Shown: positions 31,520-41,982, numbered from the stretch's first letter. The stretch is 64,000 nucleotides of DNA from a bacterium (GCA_965202625.1 CBDBBI010000010.1:64001-128000); one strand, 5' to 3'. Notes: generated by a model from the letters alone, not told the origin. Made by a program: numbers and translations.

Positions 31520-32314
31520 ATGGCAAAGGTTCAGGTGGGTGATGTGGAGCTGTATTACGAGGAATACGGGGCAGGCGTTCCGGTTGTGCTCATTCATGGC
31601 CTCGCAGGCGATTGCGGGGCGTGGAAGGCGCAAATCGAGCGCCTCAAGAAGAACTATCGCGTGCTCGCCTTCGACAACCGGGGGGCGGGCCGCAGTTCCG
31701 CGCCTGACTATCCCTACACGTCCAAGCATTTCGCGGACGACACCATCGGCCTCATGGACGCGGTGGGCATCACCGAGCCGGCCCACATCATCGGCCGCTC
31801 GATGGGAGGGGCTATCGCCCAGATCATGGCGCTCGACTATCCTGAGCGGATGCGGAGCCTGCTCATCACCGCCTCTTTCGGCAAGTTGGATCGATATGGC
31901 CATCAGATTCTCTACAACATCAACGAAGTTGTGAAGGCTCAGGGCTATGGCCCGGCGGCCAAGCATCAATCTCTGTTCTTCTTCCCGCCCCGTTACTTCA
32001 ACGAGCACAAGGAGGAGCTCGACGCGTTTGAGGCGGGGCTCTCGAACACCGACCGCCCTGTGCGCGGCTACGTTCACTCTACGAACGCCTGCTTGACGCA
32101 CGACGCGCTGGATCGTCTTGGCGGGGTGAGATGTCCGACTCTCGTGCTCGCCGGCGGGCAGGACGTGCTGTGCGCGGCGAGCGCGTCGCGCGCGATCGCC
32201 GATCGGGTTCCGAACTGCGAGATCAAGATTTACGAGGAGGCGAGCCACTTTTTCCTTATTCAGTGTTTTGAGGAATCCCTGAGCGATATCGAAGACTTTC
32301 TGGCGAGAAACTAA
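31520..32314 (+). CDS. alpha/beta hydrolase (RutD/PcaD-like)
   Basis: LIHGL, FDNRGAGRS, GRSMGG, GQD, ASH. Confidence 0.9.
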   Translation: MAKVQVGDVELYYEEYGAGVPVVLIHGLAGDCGAWKAQIERLKKNYRVLAFDNRGAGRSSAPDYPYTSKHFADDTIGLMDAVGITEPAHIIGRSMGGAIAQIMALDYPERMRSLLITASFGKLDRYGHQILYNINEVVKAQGYGPAAKHQSLFFFPPRYFNEHKEELDAFEAGLSNTDRPVRGYVHSTNACLTHDALDRLGGVRCPTLVLAGGQDVLCAASASRAIADRVPNCEIKIYEEASHFFLIQCFEESLSDIEDFLARN

Positions 32315-32410
32315 ACCGGGCGCGCGTCTGCGCCTCGTGATTTGATGACGCCTCGCTGCGGAGAGGGGGGATCTTCGCAGCGAGGCGAAATCATCAGGAG
32401 AATTTGCGAA

Positions 32411-33604
32411 ATGGCGAAATTCACGGATCCCATGGAAGTTCGCGGCCAGAGAATAAAGCACCGAGTGCTCATGTCCGCGATGACGACCTCGCGCGCGGAG
32501 GAGGACGGCGCGCCGTCCGCGTGGACGCGCGTGCACTATGAGGCGCGCGCCCGAGGGGGTGCTGCTGCCTGCTTCACCGAGGCGACCTACGTCAATCAAG
32601 AGGGAAAAGGGTTTCCGAACCAGCTGGGGACGCAAGAGGACGCGCTCATACAGCCGTTGCGCGAGTTGATTCGGGCGGTTGAGGCGGCCGGCGCGCCCCT
32701 GGCGGTGCAGCTCTATCATGCGGGGAGAACGGCGCTGAGCGCCATCACGGGAATGGATCCGGTGGGCCCCTCCCCCATTCCGCACCCCACCGAGGAGGAG
32801 GCGCCGCGCGAGATGAGCGAGCGCGAGATAGCGGACGCTGTCCGGGCCTATGGAGAGGCTGCGCGGCGGGTGCGCGAGGCGGGGGGGCGGTTGCTAGAGG
32901 TGCACGGAGCCACCTGGTACCTGTGCCAGCAGTTCTTCTCTCCGGCCTCGAACCGGCGGACAGATGCCTATGGCGGGACGCTCGAGAAGCGGATGCGCTT
33001 TCCGCTGGAAGTGGCCGAGGCGGTGCGCGAGGGCGCGGGAGACGAGATGGTCGTCTCCTATCGCCTGGGTCTTCTCGAACCTTTTGAGGATGGCTTCACG
33101 GTGGAGGATACGCTCGCCCTCGCACCCGCGCTGCTGGAGGCGGGAGTGGATGTCCTCCACTGCTCGAGAAACGCGCGCGTGGGGTTGCCTGTCCCCCCCA
33201 ATTTGTATAATCCCGCCTTCGCCCGGTTGCGCGCGGCGGTGGACGCACCCCTCATCGCCAACGGGGCGGCCTTCGCGCCCAGCCGCGTTCAGGCGTATCT
33301 TGATATGGGCGCGGATTTTGTCGGCGTGGGACGCGCCATGCTCACCGATCCGGAATATGCGAACAAAGCGACGTCCGGGCGGGATGGCCAGGTGATCCGC
33401 TGCGTCGAATGCAAGCCGTGCGCCTATATGACGCAGAGCCGGTGTCCCGATGAGGCGTATCCATCGGGAATTCCTGAGTCGATGAACGAGATTCTGGATG
33501 TCGCCTCGCGCATGGCCGGCGGCGGCTACGCGCCCACGGCAAAGAAACGTCTGACCAAGGACGCGCCGATAGAGGTGCAGCCCGATGGCTCGTCGATCTC
33601 TTGA
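32411..33604 (+). CDS. NADH:flavin oxidoreductase (old yellow enzyme family)
   Basis: ARARGG, QLYHAGR, NRRTDAYGG, VGRAMLTDP, C-terminal CVECKPC. Confidence 0.9.
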   Translation: MAKFTDPMEVRGQRIKHRVLMSAMTTSRAEEDGAPSAWTRVHYEARARGGAAACFTEATYVNQEGKGFPNQLGTQEDALIQPLRELIRAVEAAGAPLAVQLYHAGRTALSAITGMDPVGPSPIPHPTEEEAPREMSEREIADAVRAYGEAARRVREAGGRLLEVHGATWYLCQQFFSPASNRRTDAYGGTLEKRMRFPLEVAEAVREGAGDEMVVSYRLGLLEPFEDGFTVEDTLALAPALLEAGVDVLHCSRNARVGLPVPPNLYNPAFARLRAAVDAPLIANGAAFAPSRVQAYLDMGADFVGVGRAMLTDPEYANKATSGRDGQVIRCVECKPCAYMTQSRCPDEAYPSGIPESMNEILDVASRMAGGGYAPTAKKRLTKDAPIEVQPDGSSIS

Positions 33605-33748
33605 CGTCACGCCGCGAAAGCGCGTATATGCCCGTTCTTCATGCCGCGCGATAGCGGTGGAGACCTTTCTGCGCGCTCTCTCGCGCAGCGTCCGCGCGTT
33701 CCGCTCGACAGAGGACGCCCCCCTGTGTAGCCGTTTCTCCTAAGCGCC

Positions 33749-34471
33749 TTAGACGTCGCCGAAGAGCGATCCCTGGCGATCGGGCGCATCTTCTTCCGCC
33801 GCGCGGTGCTCCAGGCAGGTGCGGTCGTCGTTCCTTACGCTGTTCACGCGATCGCTCACGGGGTAATACGTAAAAACGTCGGGGGGAGGGTGCCGCAAAA
33901 GCGCGTGCACGGCCTGCGGGCGGCTCTCCCGCGGGTCGAGCCAATCCCTGTAAGCGTCCTTAGGCAGGATGACGGGCATACGGGGATGGAGGGCGGCCAG
34001 CTTCTCGTTCGCCTCGCTCGTGAGGATCGCGCAGGTTTCGAGAACCGCCCCATCCGCTCCCCTCCAGGATTCCCAAATTCCCGCGAACGCGAAGGGTGCT
34101 CTCCCGTTTAGATGAATGAAGTAGGGCCGCTTTTTTCGCGCGTTTCCCGCCCACTCATAGAAACCATCCGCCGGAATGAGGCATCGCCTGTGGCGGAAGG
34201 CGGCGCGAAAGGCAGGTTTTTGGGCGACGGTCTCCACGCGCGCGTTTATGGTCTTGGCGTTGAAGTCAAGGCGCGTCACCCAAAACGGCGTGAGTCCCCA
34301 AAGGACGAGTGCCGCCTCGCGAACGCGCCCCTTCCAACTGCGGACGATGTGGACCCGCATTCCTGGCGCGATGTTATATCTCGGCGCGATGTTTCTCTTT
34401 TCCGCGCTTTTCGTCCCTATGATTTCAGCGAGCCAGGGCGCGGGGTTCGTGAGCGTGAAGCGTCCGCACAT
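33749..34471 (-). CDS. SOS response-associated peptidase (SRAP/YedK)
   Basis: N-terminal MCGRF, INARVET, PADGFYEW, HPRMPVIL. Confidence 0.95.
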   Translation of the reverse strand: MCGRFTLTNPAPWLAEIIGTKSAEKRNIAPRYNIAPGMRVHIVRSWKGRVREAALVLWGLTPFWVTRLDFNAKTINARVETVAQKPAFRAAFRHRRCLIPADGFYEWAGNARKKRPYFIHLNGRAPFAFAGIWESWRGADGAVLETCAILTSEANEKLAALHPRMPVILPKDAYRDWLDPRESRPQAVHALLRHPPPDVFTYYPVSDRVNSVRNDDRTCLEHRAAEEDAPDRQGSLFGDV

Positions 34472-34598
34472 CGACTAGAAACCCTGTGAGGAGACGCGGC
34501 TCATGGGGCGGATCGCATTGGTTGGGTGTCTTCGGTTGCAAGTGGGGCGCGTCTGCTGCGCGAGGATCTGCTGAGAAGTTGGTTTCGGCACATGGCGT

Positions 34599-36293
34599 CT
34601 AAGTCGCCTTTCTCAAAAATCCGAAGTCGCAGCCCTCGGGCGCTTGGAGGACGCTTTCGATGAACAACTTTCCGTAGCCCCTCGCATAATGCGGCGGCCC
34701 TGGTTTCCATACGGTGCGTCGGCGCGCCATCTCCTTTTCCGGGACTCTCAAGTCGATCCTGCGGCGCGGAACGTCGAGGGTGATCGCGTCCCCGTCCTGA
34801 ACCAGTGCGAGGGGGCCGCCGACGGCGGCCTCGGGCGCGGCGTGAAGCACTATAGTTCCCGACGCCGTTCCGCTCATGCGCGCGTCCGAGACGCGGACGA
34901 CGTCGCGCACGCCCGCCTCGAGCAACTTCTTGGGGATGGGCAGGGAGCCTGCCTCAGGAAAGCCGGGCGCGCCGATGGGCCCCGCGTTCTGGAGGACGAA
35001 GACGCTCTCGGCCGTAGCGGGAAGGTCTGGGTCGTCGATTCGATCGATCATGTCCTGTTGGGACGAGAATACGACGGCCGGGCCGGTGTGGGTCAGCATT
35101 TCCTGGTTGGCCGCCGACACCTTGATGACCGCGCCGTCGGGGGCGAGAGAGCCTTTGAGGATGACGAGGCCCCCCTCCTCGGAGATGGGGTTATCTCTCG
35201 TGCGGATGACGTCCTGCCACGCCTGCGCCCTTCGGACGTTCGCGAGGTTCTGCAACACGTTCTTGCCCGTCACTGTCATGCAGCCTCCATGAAGGAGGGG
35301 TTCGAGTTCCTTCATCACGACCGGAATTCCGCCCGCCGCCGCGAGATCCTCCATCAGATATTTCTTGCCCGATGGCCGCACGTTACCGAGCGTCGGCGTG
35401 GTTCGTGAGATTTCATCGAAGTCGCGGAGCGGGAGGTTGACGCCCAGGCGTCCGGCGATGGCCGGCAGGTGAACGACGGCGTTCGTCGAGCCGCCAACGG
35501 CCATGAGGACGCGGATGGCGTTCTCGAAAGCCTCGCGCGTCATGATCTTATCGGGCGTGAGGTCCTTTTCGATCAAGGAGGTGATGAGCCGCCCGCTTTG
35601 CTCCGCCAGGCGAAGGCGATGCGCGTTCACCGCCGGAACTGCCGCCATGCCGGGTACCATCATGCCCATCGCCTCGGTGAGAGAAGCCATGGTGCTCGCT
35701 GTTCCCATCACCATGCAGGTGCCCGCAGAGGGGAAAAGCGCGCCCTGAACCTCCTCCATTCGCGCGTCGTCGAAAGCCCCCGCTCTGTACTCGTTCCACA
35801 TTCCGCGGCAATCCGAACAAGCACCGAGCGTTTTATCCTCGAAGCGCCCGCCGATCATCGGTCCCGCCGTCACACAAATGGCGGGAATCCCCGCGCTGGC
35901 CGCGCCCATGAGCTGCGCGGGGAGGGTCTTGTCGCAGCCGCCAAGCAGGACGACGCCGTCCATGGGCTGTCCCCTGATCATCTCCTCGGTGTCCATGGAG
36001 AGCAGGTTCCTGAAAAACATGGCCGTCGGGTTGAGATACATCTCTCCGAGCGAAATGGTGGGAAATTCCAGAGGCAGACCGCCGGATTGCCAGACGCCGC
36101 GTTTTACGGCCTCCGCGATCTCCCTGAGGTGGCGATGGCACGGGTTGAGTTCGCTCCAGGTCTGGGCGATGCCGACGATGGGTTTCTCCAGGTCTTCTTT
36201 CGTCAGGCCGAAGCCCCGAGCGTAAGCGCCTCTGGCGAAAACGCTGAACCCAGGGTCGCCGTAGCTTGTCAGTCCTCTTAGGTGGCCTCTCAT
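34599..36293 (-). CDS. IlvD/Edd family dehydratase (sugar-acid dehydratase-like)
   Basis: NPCH, GCDKT, GTCMVMGTASTM, GGSTN, SDARMSGT. Confidence 0.92.
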   Translation of the reverse strand: MRGHLRGLTSYGDPGFSVFARGAYARGFGLTKEDLEKPIVGIAQTWSELNPCHRHLREIAEAVKRGVWQSGGLPLEFPTISLGEMYLNPTAMFFRNLLSMDTEEMIRGQPMDGVVLLGGCDKTLPAQLMGAASAGIPAICVTAGPMIGGRFEDKTLGACSDCRGMWNEYRAGAFDDARMEEVQGALFPSAGTCMVMGTASTMASLTEAMGMMVPGMAAVPAVNAHRLRLAEQSGRLITSLIEKDLTPDKIMTREAFENAIRVLMAVGGSTNAVVHLPAIAGRLGVNLPLRDFDEISRTTPTLGNVRPSGKKYLMEDLAAAGGIPVVMKELEPLLHGGCMTVTGKNVLQNLANVRRAQAWQDVIRTRDNPISEEGGLVILKGSLAPDGAVIKVSAANQEMLTHTGPAVVFSSQQDMIDRIDDPDLPATAESVFVLQNAGPIGAPGFPEAGSLPIPKKLLEAGVRDVVRVSDARMSGTASGTIVLHAAPEAAVGGPLALVQDGDAITLDVPRRRIDLRVPEKEMARRRTVWKPGPPHYARGYGKLFIESVLQAPEGCDFGFLRKAT

Positions 36294-36478
36294 TCTAGAA
36301 TCTCACCTTTTGGGCGCGCATTTTTGAGAATCGTTCATCAAGCATCATTCCTCAGCAGCCATGAATCGGCAAGCGTGTTTTGGATTTCTCCACTAGGCGA
36401 TGCGTCGCTTTTGCTCTGGCGCCAAACAAGGTAGATTTGACACCCAGCGGATTTCACAATGCCGCGTGAGTTTGAGTC

Positions 36479-37060
36479 ATGGAGGAAAGACGTTTGACTT
36501 CGAGCCGAACGATCAAAAATCCTCTCAACGCAATTCTCGTTCCCCTCATTTTTTGTGCTCTGGTGTTCGCCGGCGGGTGCGCGGCGAGGAACGAGGGCGC
36601 TGACGTCCCGAGGGGGATGGGCAGCCTCCTCGTGCGTAGCGTGCCGGAGGGGGGTGCCATCATTTTTAACGGCAATCCACGCGGGGCCGCGTATTCGCAA
36701 AAGCCCATTGAGATCAAGGGGGTGGCCTATGGGCGGCATTCGATACGGGTGGAGTTTCCAGGTTACGTCGCGCAGGTTCTGGAGGTTGATGTGCGTGAGA
36801 AGAAGGTTCCCATCAGGATAAAGTTGACGAAAGACGGCGCCGGAAGCCTGGTAGTTGGATCGAACCCGCCGGGCGCGGAAGTATTCGTCAACAGCCGGTA
36901 TTATGGAAACGCCGCCCCGACGCTCCGGATAACGAACCTCTCTGCCGGCGCGTATTCCATGTGGCTGCGACTGCCGGGATACCGGATGGAGCGGCACAAC
37001 GTCGTTGTTGATCGCAGGCTGGAGTACCGCTACCTGATCGCTTTGGACAAAGAGCCTTAA
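36479..37060 (+). CDS. PEGA-domain lipoprotein
   Basis: AGGC lipobox; two repeats, GSLLVRSVPEGG and GSLVVGSNPPGAEVFVN. Confidence 0.85.
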   Translation: MEERRLTSSRTIKNPLNAILVPLIFCALVFAGGCAARNEGADVPRGMGSLLVRSVPEGGAIIFNGNPRGAAYSQKPIEIKGVAYGRHSIRVEFPGYVAQVLEVDVREKKVPIRIKLTKDGAGSLVVGSNPPGAEVFVNSRYYGNAAPTLRITNLSAGAYSMWLRLPGYRMERHNVVVDRRLEYRYLIALDKEP

Positions 37061-37368
37061 ATTCTCTTTTCATCGGCGACTGGCCCGGAAGTACCGCGCG
37101 AACCGTCTTCGCTGTTTCGCTCCGATACTTGCGCCTTCGCTAGTGCGATGCGCAGGGACGTTTCCTTCATGGAGCTTTTCGGGTCGCGCGCGCTGGGCTT
37201 CGCGCCGATTCCCCGTCGTTGACGACTCCCGCCTGGCGCCCGACGTGCTGCCGGCGCCGACTTGATCGGCGAGAGAGATGCCTTTACCCTGCGGAGCGGA
37301 CGTGAGTGCCCGATGAGACCCAGACGTTTCTTGCGATCCCCGTGCGAGACGCGCTGAGGAGGTGAGGG

Positions 37369-38475
37369 ATGTCCACTGAATATATCTGGGCGCTTTGCTC
37401 CCACAGGGCGGGAGACGGGACGCAGGTGAACCAGAAGACGCCCGACCGTCCCGCGACCCTGGGATATCTCGCGCAGGTGACCGCCTCAGCCGAGGAGGCG
37501 GGCTTCGCCAATATTCTGACGCCATGCGGGACGCACTGCATCGACGCGTGGACGACCGCCGGTGCGCTTTCGTGCCGGACGAGAAAAATCAAGTTCCTCG
37601 TGGCTCTCAGACCCGGCATCACCGGCCCGGTCTACGCGGCGCAACAGGCTAACAGCCTCGATTATTTGACGGGGGGACGCTGCACGCTGAACGTGGTGAC
37701 GGGAAGCACACCCGTGGATCAGAGAAGATACGGGGATTTCATGCCCCACGACGATCGCTACGATCGCACGGGAGAATTTCTGGACGTGGTGCGGAGGCTG
37801 TGGGAATCGGATGGTCCGCTGGACTACAAGGGCAAATTTTTCGAGATCGAAAAGGCGACCATCTTTCCCGATAGGGTGTCGAAGCCTCACCCCGTGATTT
37901 TTCTGGCGGGCAGCTCGGACGCGGGTAAGCGCGTGGCTTGGGAGCATGGAGACGTGCACGTGATGTACGCCGCCGAGCCCGAGGTGGTCGCAAAGGACAT
38001 TAAGGAGGGCAGGAGGGAGTCCCAGGCGTATGGGCGCGAGCGTCCATTGCGCTACGGCATCCGGCATCTGGTTTGCGTGCGCGAGACGAGAGAAGAAGCT
38101 GTGCGCGCCGCCGAGGCGCTCATTGACAGGAGCGACATCTCGAACACGGGCGCTTGGGCCGACATGAAGAACAACACCGAGTCTACCGGCCAGATGCGCA
38201 TCAACGAAATGGGATCGCGCGCGAGCCCTTGGCTCACCGACACGATCTGGATGGGGGTGAACCGGGTGCGAGGCGGGGCGGGCACGATGTTCGTCGGCAC
38301 GCCGGAGATGGTCGCAGGCGTCATCAGGGAGTATTACGACGCGGGCGTGCGGCACTTCATCATGAACGGATGGCCGCACAGGGAGGAGGCGGAGATTTTC
38401 GGCCGGGAGGTGCTGCCGCTCCTCAAGGACACAAACCCCCTCGTGCTGCCTGAACCCGCGGGCGTCTCCGTCTGA
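37369..38475 (+). CDS. LLM-class flavin-dependent monooxygenase (SsuD-like)
   Basis: AEEAGF, KFLVALRPG, LNVVTG, RTGEFL, AGSS, VGTPE. Confidence 0.9.
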   Translation: MSTEYIWALCSHRAGDGTQVNQKTPDRPATLGYLAQVTASAEEAGFANILTPCGTHCIDAWTTAGALSCRTRKIKFLVALRPGITGPVYAAQQANSLDYLTGGRCTLNVVTGSTPVDQRRYGDFMPHDDRYDRTGEFLDVVRRLWESDGPLDYKGKFFEIEKATIFPDRVSKPHPVIFLAGSSDAGKRVAWEHGDVHVMYAAEPEVVAKDIKEGRRESQAYGRERPLRYGIRHLVCVRETREEAVRAAEALIDRSDISNTGAWADMKNNTESTGQMRINEMGSRASPWLTDTIWMGVNRVRGGAGTMFVGTPEMVAGVIREYYDAGVRHFIMNGWPHREEAEIFGREVLPLLKDTNPLVLPEPAGVSV

Positions 38476-38499
38476 GTCAAAGGATCGGGAAAACCGGAG

Positions 38500-39033
38500 A
38501 TGCCTCCCTATATTCTCGTCTTCGGCGGCAGCCGCAGGCCGCAGAACAACACGGACAAGGCGCTCGCGTTCATCCTTGACGCGCTGGAGAAGGGTGATTT
38601 CGCGATCAACCGCGTCCATCTGAGCGCGCTGGATTTGCCCCCGCCCGGAGAGCCGAGCGACTCAAAAGACCCCGAGACGCTCCGCGCGTTGGTGAGCGGG
38701 GCGGCGGGAATCTTCATCGCCACTCCTGAGTATCACGGCAGCATCAGCAGCACGCTCAAACTGGCGATAGACAACCTGGGCTATCCCTCCACCCTCGAGG
38801 GAAAACGGATCGCCATACTGGGCGTGGCGATGGGGCCGAGCGCGGACAACGCCCTCGCCCATCTTAGACACATTCTCACCCACGTCGGCGCGGAGGTGTT
38901 GCCCGTTGAGGCTTCCATAGGGAGCGTTCATAAGGTTTTCGACGAGAATGGGCGATGCGCGGACGCGGCGGCTGCGGCCGCCATACACCGCGTCGCCTCC
39001 CACCTGCTCGATCGTCTGAACGAATCGTCCTAG
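38500..39033 (+). CDS. NADPH-dependent FMN reductase (SsuE-like)
   Basis: GSRR...NT, ATPEYHGSISSTLKLAID; adjacent to the LLM gene. Confidence 0.9.
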   Translation: MPPYILVFGGSRRPQNNTDKALAFILDALEKGDFAINRVHLSALDLPPPGEPSDSKDPETLRALVSGAAGIFIATPEYHGSISSTLKLAIDNLGYPSTLEGKRIAILGVAMGPSADNALAHLRHILTHVGAEVLPVEASIGSVHKVFDENGRCADAAAAAAIHRVASHLLDRLNESS

Positions 39034-39041
39034 AGCGAAAG

Positions 39042-39797
39042 ATGCCCTCCACGGAAACGAGGTTCCTGTCCCGACCGGGCGGGGCCGCGCTCGCCTATTT
39101 TAGGCTAGAGGGGAAGTCTCCCGGCTTGATGTTTCTGGGCGGCTTTCACTCCGACATGAATGGGACGAAGGCGCGCGCACTTGAAGCGCATTGCCGAGAA
39201 GTCGGGCGCGCCTACGTTCGGTTCGATTACGGCGGACACGGGGAGTCTTCGGGCAAGTTCGAGGAAGGAACGATTGGAGCGTGGGTGGAGGATGCACTCG
39301 CCGTGCTCGACCACGTCGCCCGGGGGGGCCAAGTGCTCGTGGGTTCGAGCATGGGGGGATGGATTATGCTGCTCGTCGCCCTGGCCCGGCCCGGGCGCGT
39401 GCGCGCTCTGGTGGGGTCGGCGGCGGCCCCGGATTTCACGGAGGATTTGATAAGGGCGCGACTCGACGAGGACGCGCGGAAAGAACTGGATGCGCGAGGC
39501 TACTTCATGCACGATTCCGTTGATGATGAGCCGTCCTACCCCATCACCCGAGAGCTGCTTGAGGAGGGAGCGAGCCACCTGCTCCTGCGCGACGCGATTC
39601 CGCTGACGCTCCCCGTTCGCCTCATCCACGGAATGCGCGACGAGAGCGTACCCTGGGAGACTTCCCTCCGCCTGGCGAACGCCCTTGCGAGCGACGATTT
39701 GCGCCTCACGCTCATCAAGGACGGGGAGCACCGACTATCGAGACCCCAGGACGTTGCGCTCATTATCCGTGCTGCCGAGGCGTTGGCGGAAACATAG
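39042..39797 (+). CDS. alpha/beta hydrolase (ABHD10-like)
   Basis: GGFHSDMNGTKA, GSSMGGW, APDF, GEHRLS. Confidence 0.9.
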   Translation: MPSTETRFLSRPGGAALAYFRLEGKSPGLMFLGGFHSDMNGTKARALEAHCREVGRAYVRFDYGGHGESSGKFEEGTIGAWVEDALAVLDHVARGGQVLVGSSMGGWIMLLVALARPGRVRALVGSAAAPDFTEDLIRARLDEDARKELDARGYFMHDSVDDEPSYPITRELLEEGASHLLLRDAIPLTLPVRLIHGMRDESVPWETSLRLANALASDDLRLTLIKDGEHRLSRPQDVALIIRAAEALAET

Positions 39798-40091
39798 GAT
39801 GAGGAGGCTAGAATATCGCTCATGGATGAACCGGGTGAGGTCGAATCCATCGGGATCGCGAGCAAGGGTACTTATGGCTGATAGTTGATAGCAAAGAGAC
39901 CCAAAGCGAGGTTGCAGTTGCCGAAATGGGGCATTCAGTATCGGTCGGTGCATTTTTGAAAGCGTCCTGAGAGGATAGATTGATTTGCAGGATTGGAGTC
40001 GACGGCGTAGGATATCAAGTGTCGTAGATGTCCCCTTCCAGATGTCGATCATTTACACAAAATTTAACACGGAACGTAAAGGAGTATCGCA

Positions 40092-41738
40092 ATGCCATCA
40101 CCGTATCTACGTAAATTATCTGATGAAGAGTATTCGCAACTCAGGAATAGTCTTTTGAGGGGCCAGGACGGTAATTGCTTTATCTGTGGGAAGGCAATCG
40201 ATCTCACCATTCACGGCAATAAGACCAACAACAACATTGACATCGATCATGTAGAACCGAACAAAGTCGGGGGGAAAGACGGGCCGGACAATTTTGCTGT
40301 CACCCATGCTTCGTGTAATCGATCGAAGCAAGCAAGTGACCTTCGTGTTGCGAGAGTTCTCGCATCTTTTGATAGCATCTCGGAATCAATCAAGTCGCAA
40401 GGGGAAGATCGCTCTCCCAATCTTGGTGATGTTCTACGCAAGAACGGTGGCGCGAAATATCCACTCTCGATTACTGTCAATGGAAATGAGTTGAAAACAG
40501 CGTTTTCAGACATCGATCAAAACGACATTCTCACTTTTCCGGTCCATGAGGATAAGTTGTCGGGGTTCCGTTACACGTTTCTCAATTTGCCAATCGAGTA
40601 TCTGCACCATGACGATCGCATTAACCCGCGCGCGATAGGAACGAATCTCAGGAAGCTCGTGGAGGAATTTCACAAACAAAGACCGCAACTCCATATTGCT
40701 TTAGGGTGGTTCAACACCTCTAATAGGGACGCGATCAAAGTTCAGATATTTGACGGTCAACATAAAGCTGCCGCGCAGATACTTTTGGGGACTCGGTGCC
40801 TGCCGGTCCGGGTGTTCATCGACCCGGATCTCGATATCCTTCTGACGGCAAACACTCACGCAGGCACAACGTTGCGTCAGGTTGCATTTGACAAATCAGT
40901 GCAGCGCAGTCTGGGCAGTTCCTTGTTGAAGGAGAGAATGGAGCGTTATAGACGTGATTGCGGTAGGGATGACGATGACGAGGGCTTCTCTGAGCGCGAA
41001 CTGGTCAATTATTTCAAAGGTGAAAGCCGAGAAGTGAAGAAGTACGTCATTGATCGGGTTCGAAACAGCGTCACAGGGCACCCCGACAATAAGCTGCGCG
41101 ACTACATTGATCAGGGCGGACGCGGCTCCCAAAAGCCCCTGAGCTACAGCACTATTGAAAAGACATTTTACTCATTTTTCATCTACAGGGACTTGTTGAC
41201 GACGCCGTTCAATTACAAGCTCGAAGATGGTCTGAATCCCCGGCTGCTCGAAATTGAGCAGATCGTCCGTTTGATGAATATCATTGCAGAGGAGATATTC
41301 ATCGGAAAATTTGAGACTTCGTTAGGGACGGGACTCATTGAGCATAAGATAAAGAAAGGAGAAGACGTCCCGGAGCAGCATCTGCGCGCCTTCCGAATGG
41401 CCAAGGAAGAAATTATCTACAACTGGCTACGATATGTCCGCCAAATCGTTCACAGTTATTTCATCACGACTGGTAAGCCGATAGAAGAAAATAAACTGTT
41501 CGAATACGCAATACCCGATATTTGCTGGGAGAATATCAAAAACTTCATTGTTTCTTTGAAGCGACTCCCGCTGTGGATCAACAAGGATTTATCGGTTTTT
41601 GGCGGGAAGCAAAGGAACGACTTCTGGCATGGGATTTTTGAAAATGGGCGCACCGACGGACCGAATGGAGTTGAAGTTATGCCTCATGGTATCAATTTGA
41701 TAGATATGATGAAGCATAAGGCATCCGCGACCGGGTAG
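40092..41738 (+). CDS. HNH endonuclease fused to a ParB/Srx-like (DGQHK) domain and a C-terminal helical region
   Basis: CFIC...DIDHVEP..GG.D..DN...HASCNRSK; then LPIEYL...INPR...IFDGQHKAAA.ILLG...PVRV; AAGGAG RBS; visibly AT-richer than its flanks. Confidence 0.85.
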   Translation: MPSPYLRKLSDEEYSQLRNSLLRGQDGNCFICGKAIDLTIHGNKTNNNIDIDHVEPNKVGGKDGPDNFAVTHASCNRSKQASDLRVARVLASFDSISESIKSQGEDRSPNLGDVLRKNGGAKYPLSITVNGNELKTAFSDIDQNDILTFPVHEDKLSGFRYTFLNLPIEYLHHDDRINPRAIGTNLRKLVEEFHKQRPQLHIALGWFNTSNRDAIKVQIFDGQHKAAAQILLGTRCLPVRVFIDPDLDILLTANTHAGTTLRQVAFDKSVQRSLGSSLLKERMERYRRDCGRDDDDEGFSERELVNYFKGESREVKKYVIDRVRNSVTGHPDNKLRDYIDQGGRGSQKPLSYSTIEKTFYSFFIYRDLLTTPFNYKLEDGLNPRLLEIEQIVRLMNIIAEEIFIGKFETSLGTGLIEHKIKKGEDVPEQHLRAFRMAKEEIIYNWLRYVRQIVHSYFITTGKPIEENKLFEYAIPDICWENIKNFIVSLKRLPLWINKDLSVFGGKQRNDFWHGIFENGRTDGPNGVEVMPHGINLIDMMKHKASATG

Positions 41739-41822
41739 GATCTTTCCAGAAGTTTCAATCTATCGAGATTGCGTCGGATGCGGAAGCACGCAATGAATAG
41801 ATTATCTTCGCTCATGAAACCT

Positions 41823-41897
41823 TGGCTCCGGCGGTAGGATTCGAACCTACAACCCATCGGTTAACAGCCGATTGCTCTGCCGTTGAGCTACGCCGGA
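41823..41897 (-). tRNA. tRNA-Asn(GTT)
   Basis: TCCGGCGTAGCTCAACGGCAGAGCAATCGGCTGTTAACCGATGGGTTGTAGGTTCGAATCCTACCGCCGGAGCCA. Confidence 0.97.
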
Positions 41898-41952
41898 TTG
41901 AGGAATGCTTTGCCCAGATCTGGAGTCTGCATCCAAGTCTGGATTATGAAAG

Positions 41953-41982
41953 TTTATATGCGGGCGCCGGCAGGATTGTCAA
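41953..41982 (-). promoter_or_regulatory. sigma70-type promoter for tRNA-Asn
   Basis: TTGACA-18 bp-TATAAA on the minus strand. Confidence 0.5.

Noticed and set aside
39830-39860. GGTCGAATCC resembling a tRNA T-arm or att duplicate bounding the HNH gene
   Set aside because: It is in the wrong orientation relative to tRNA-Asn and the match is too short. No attL/attR pair or integrase was found.
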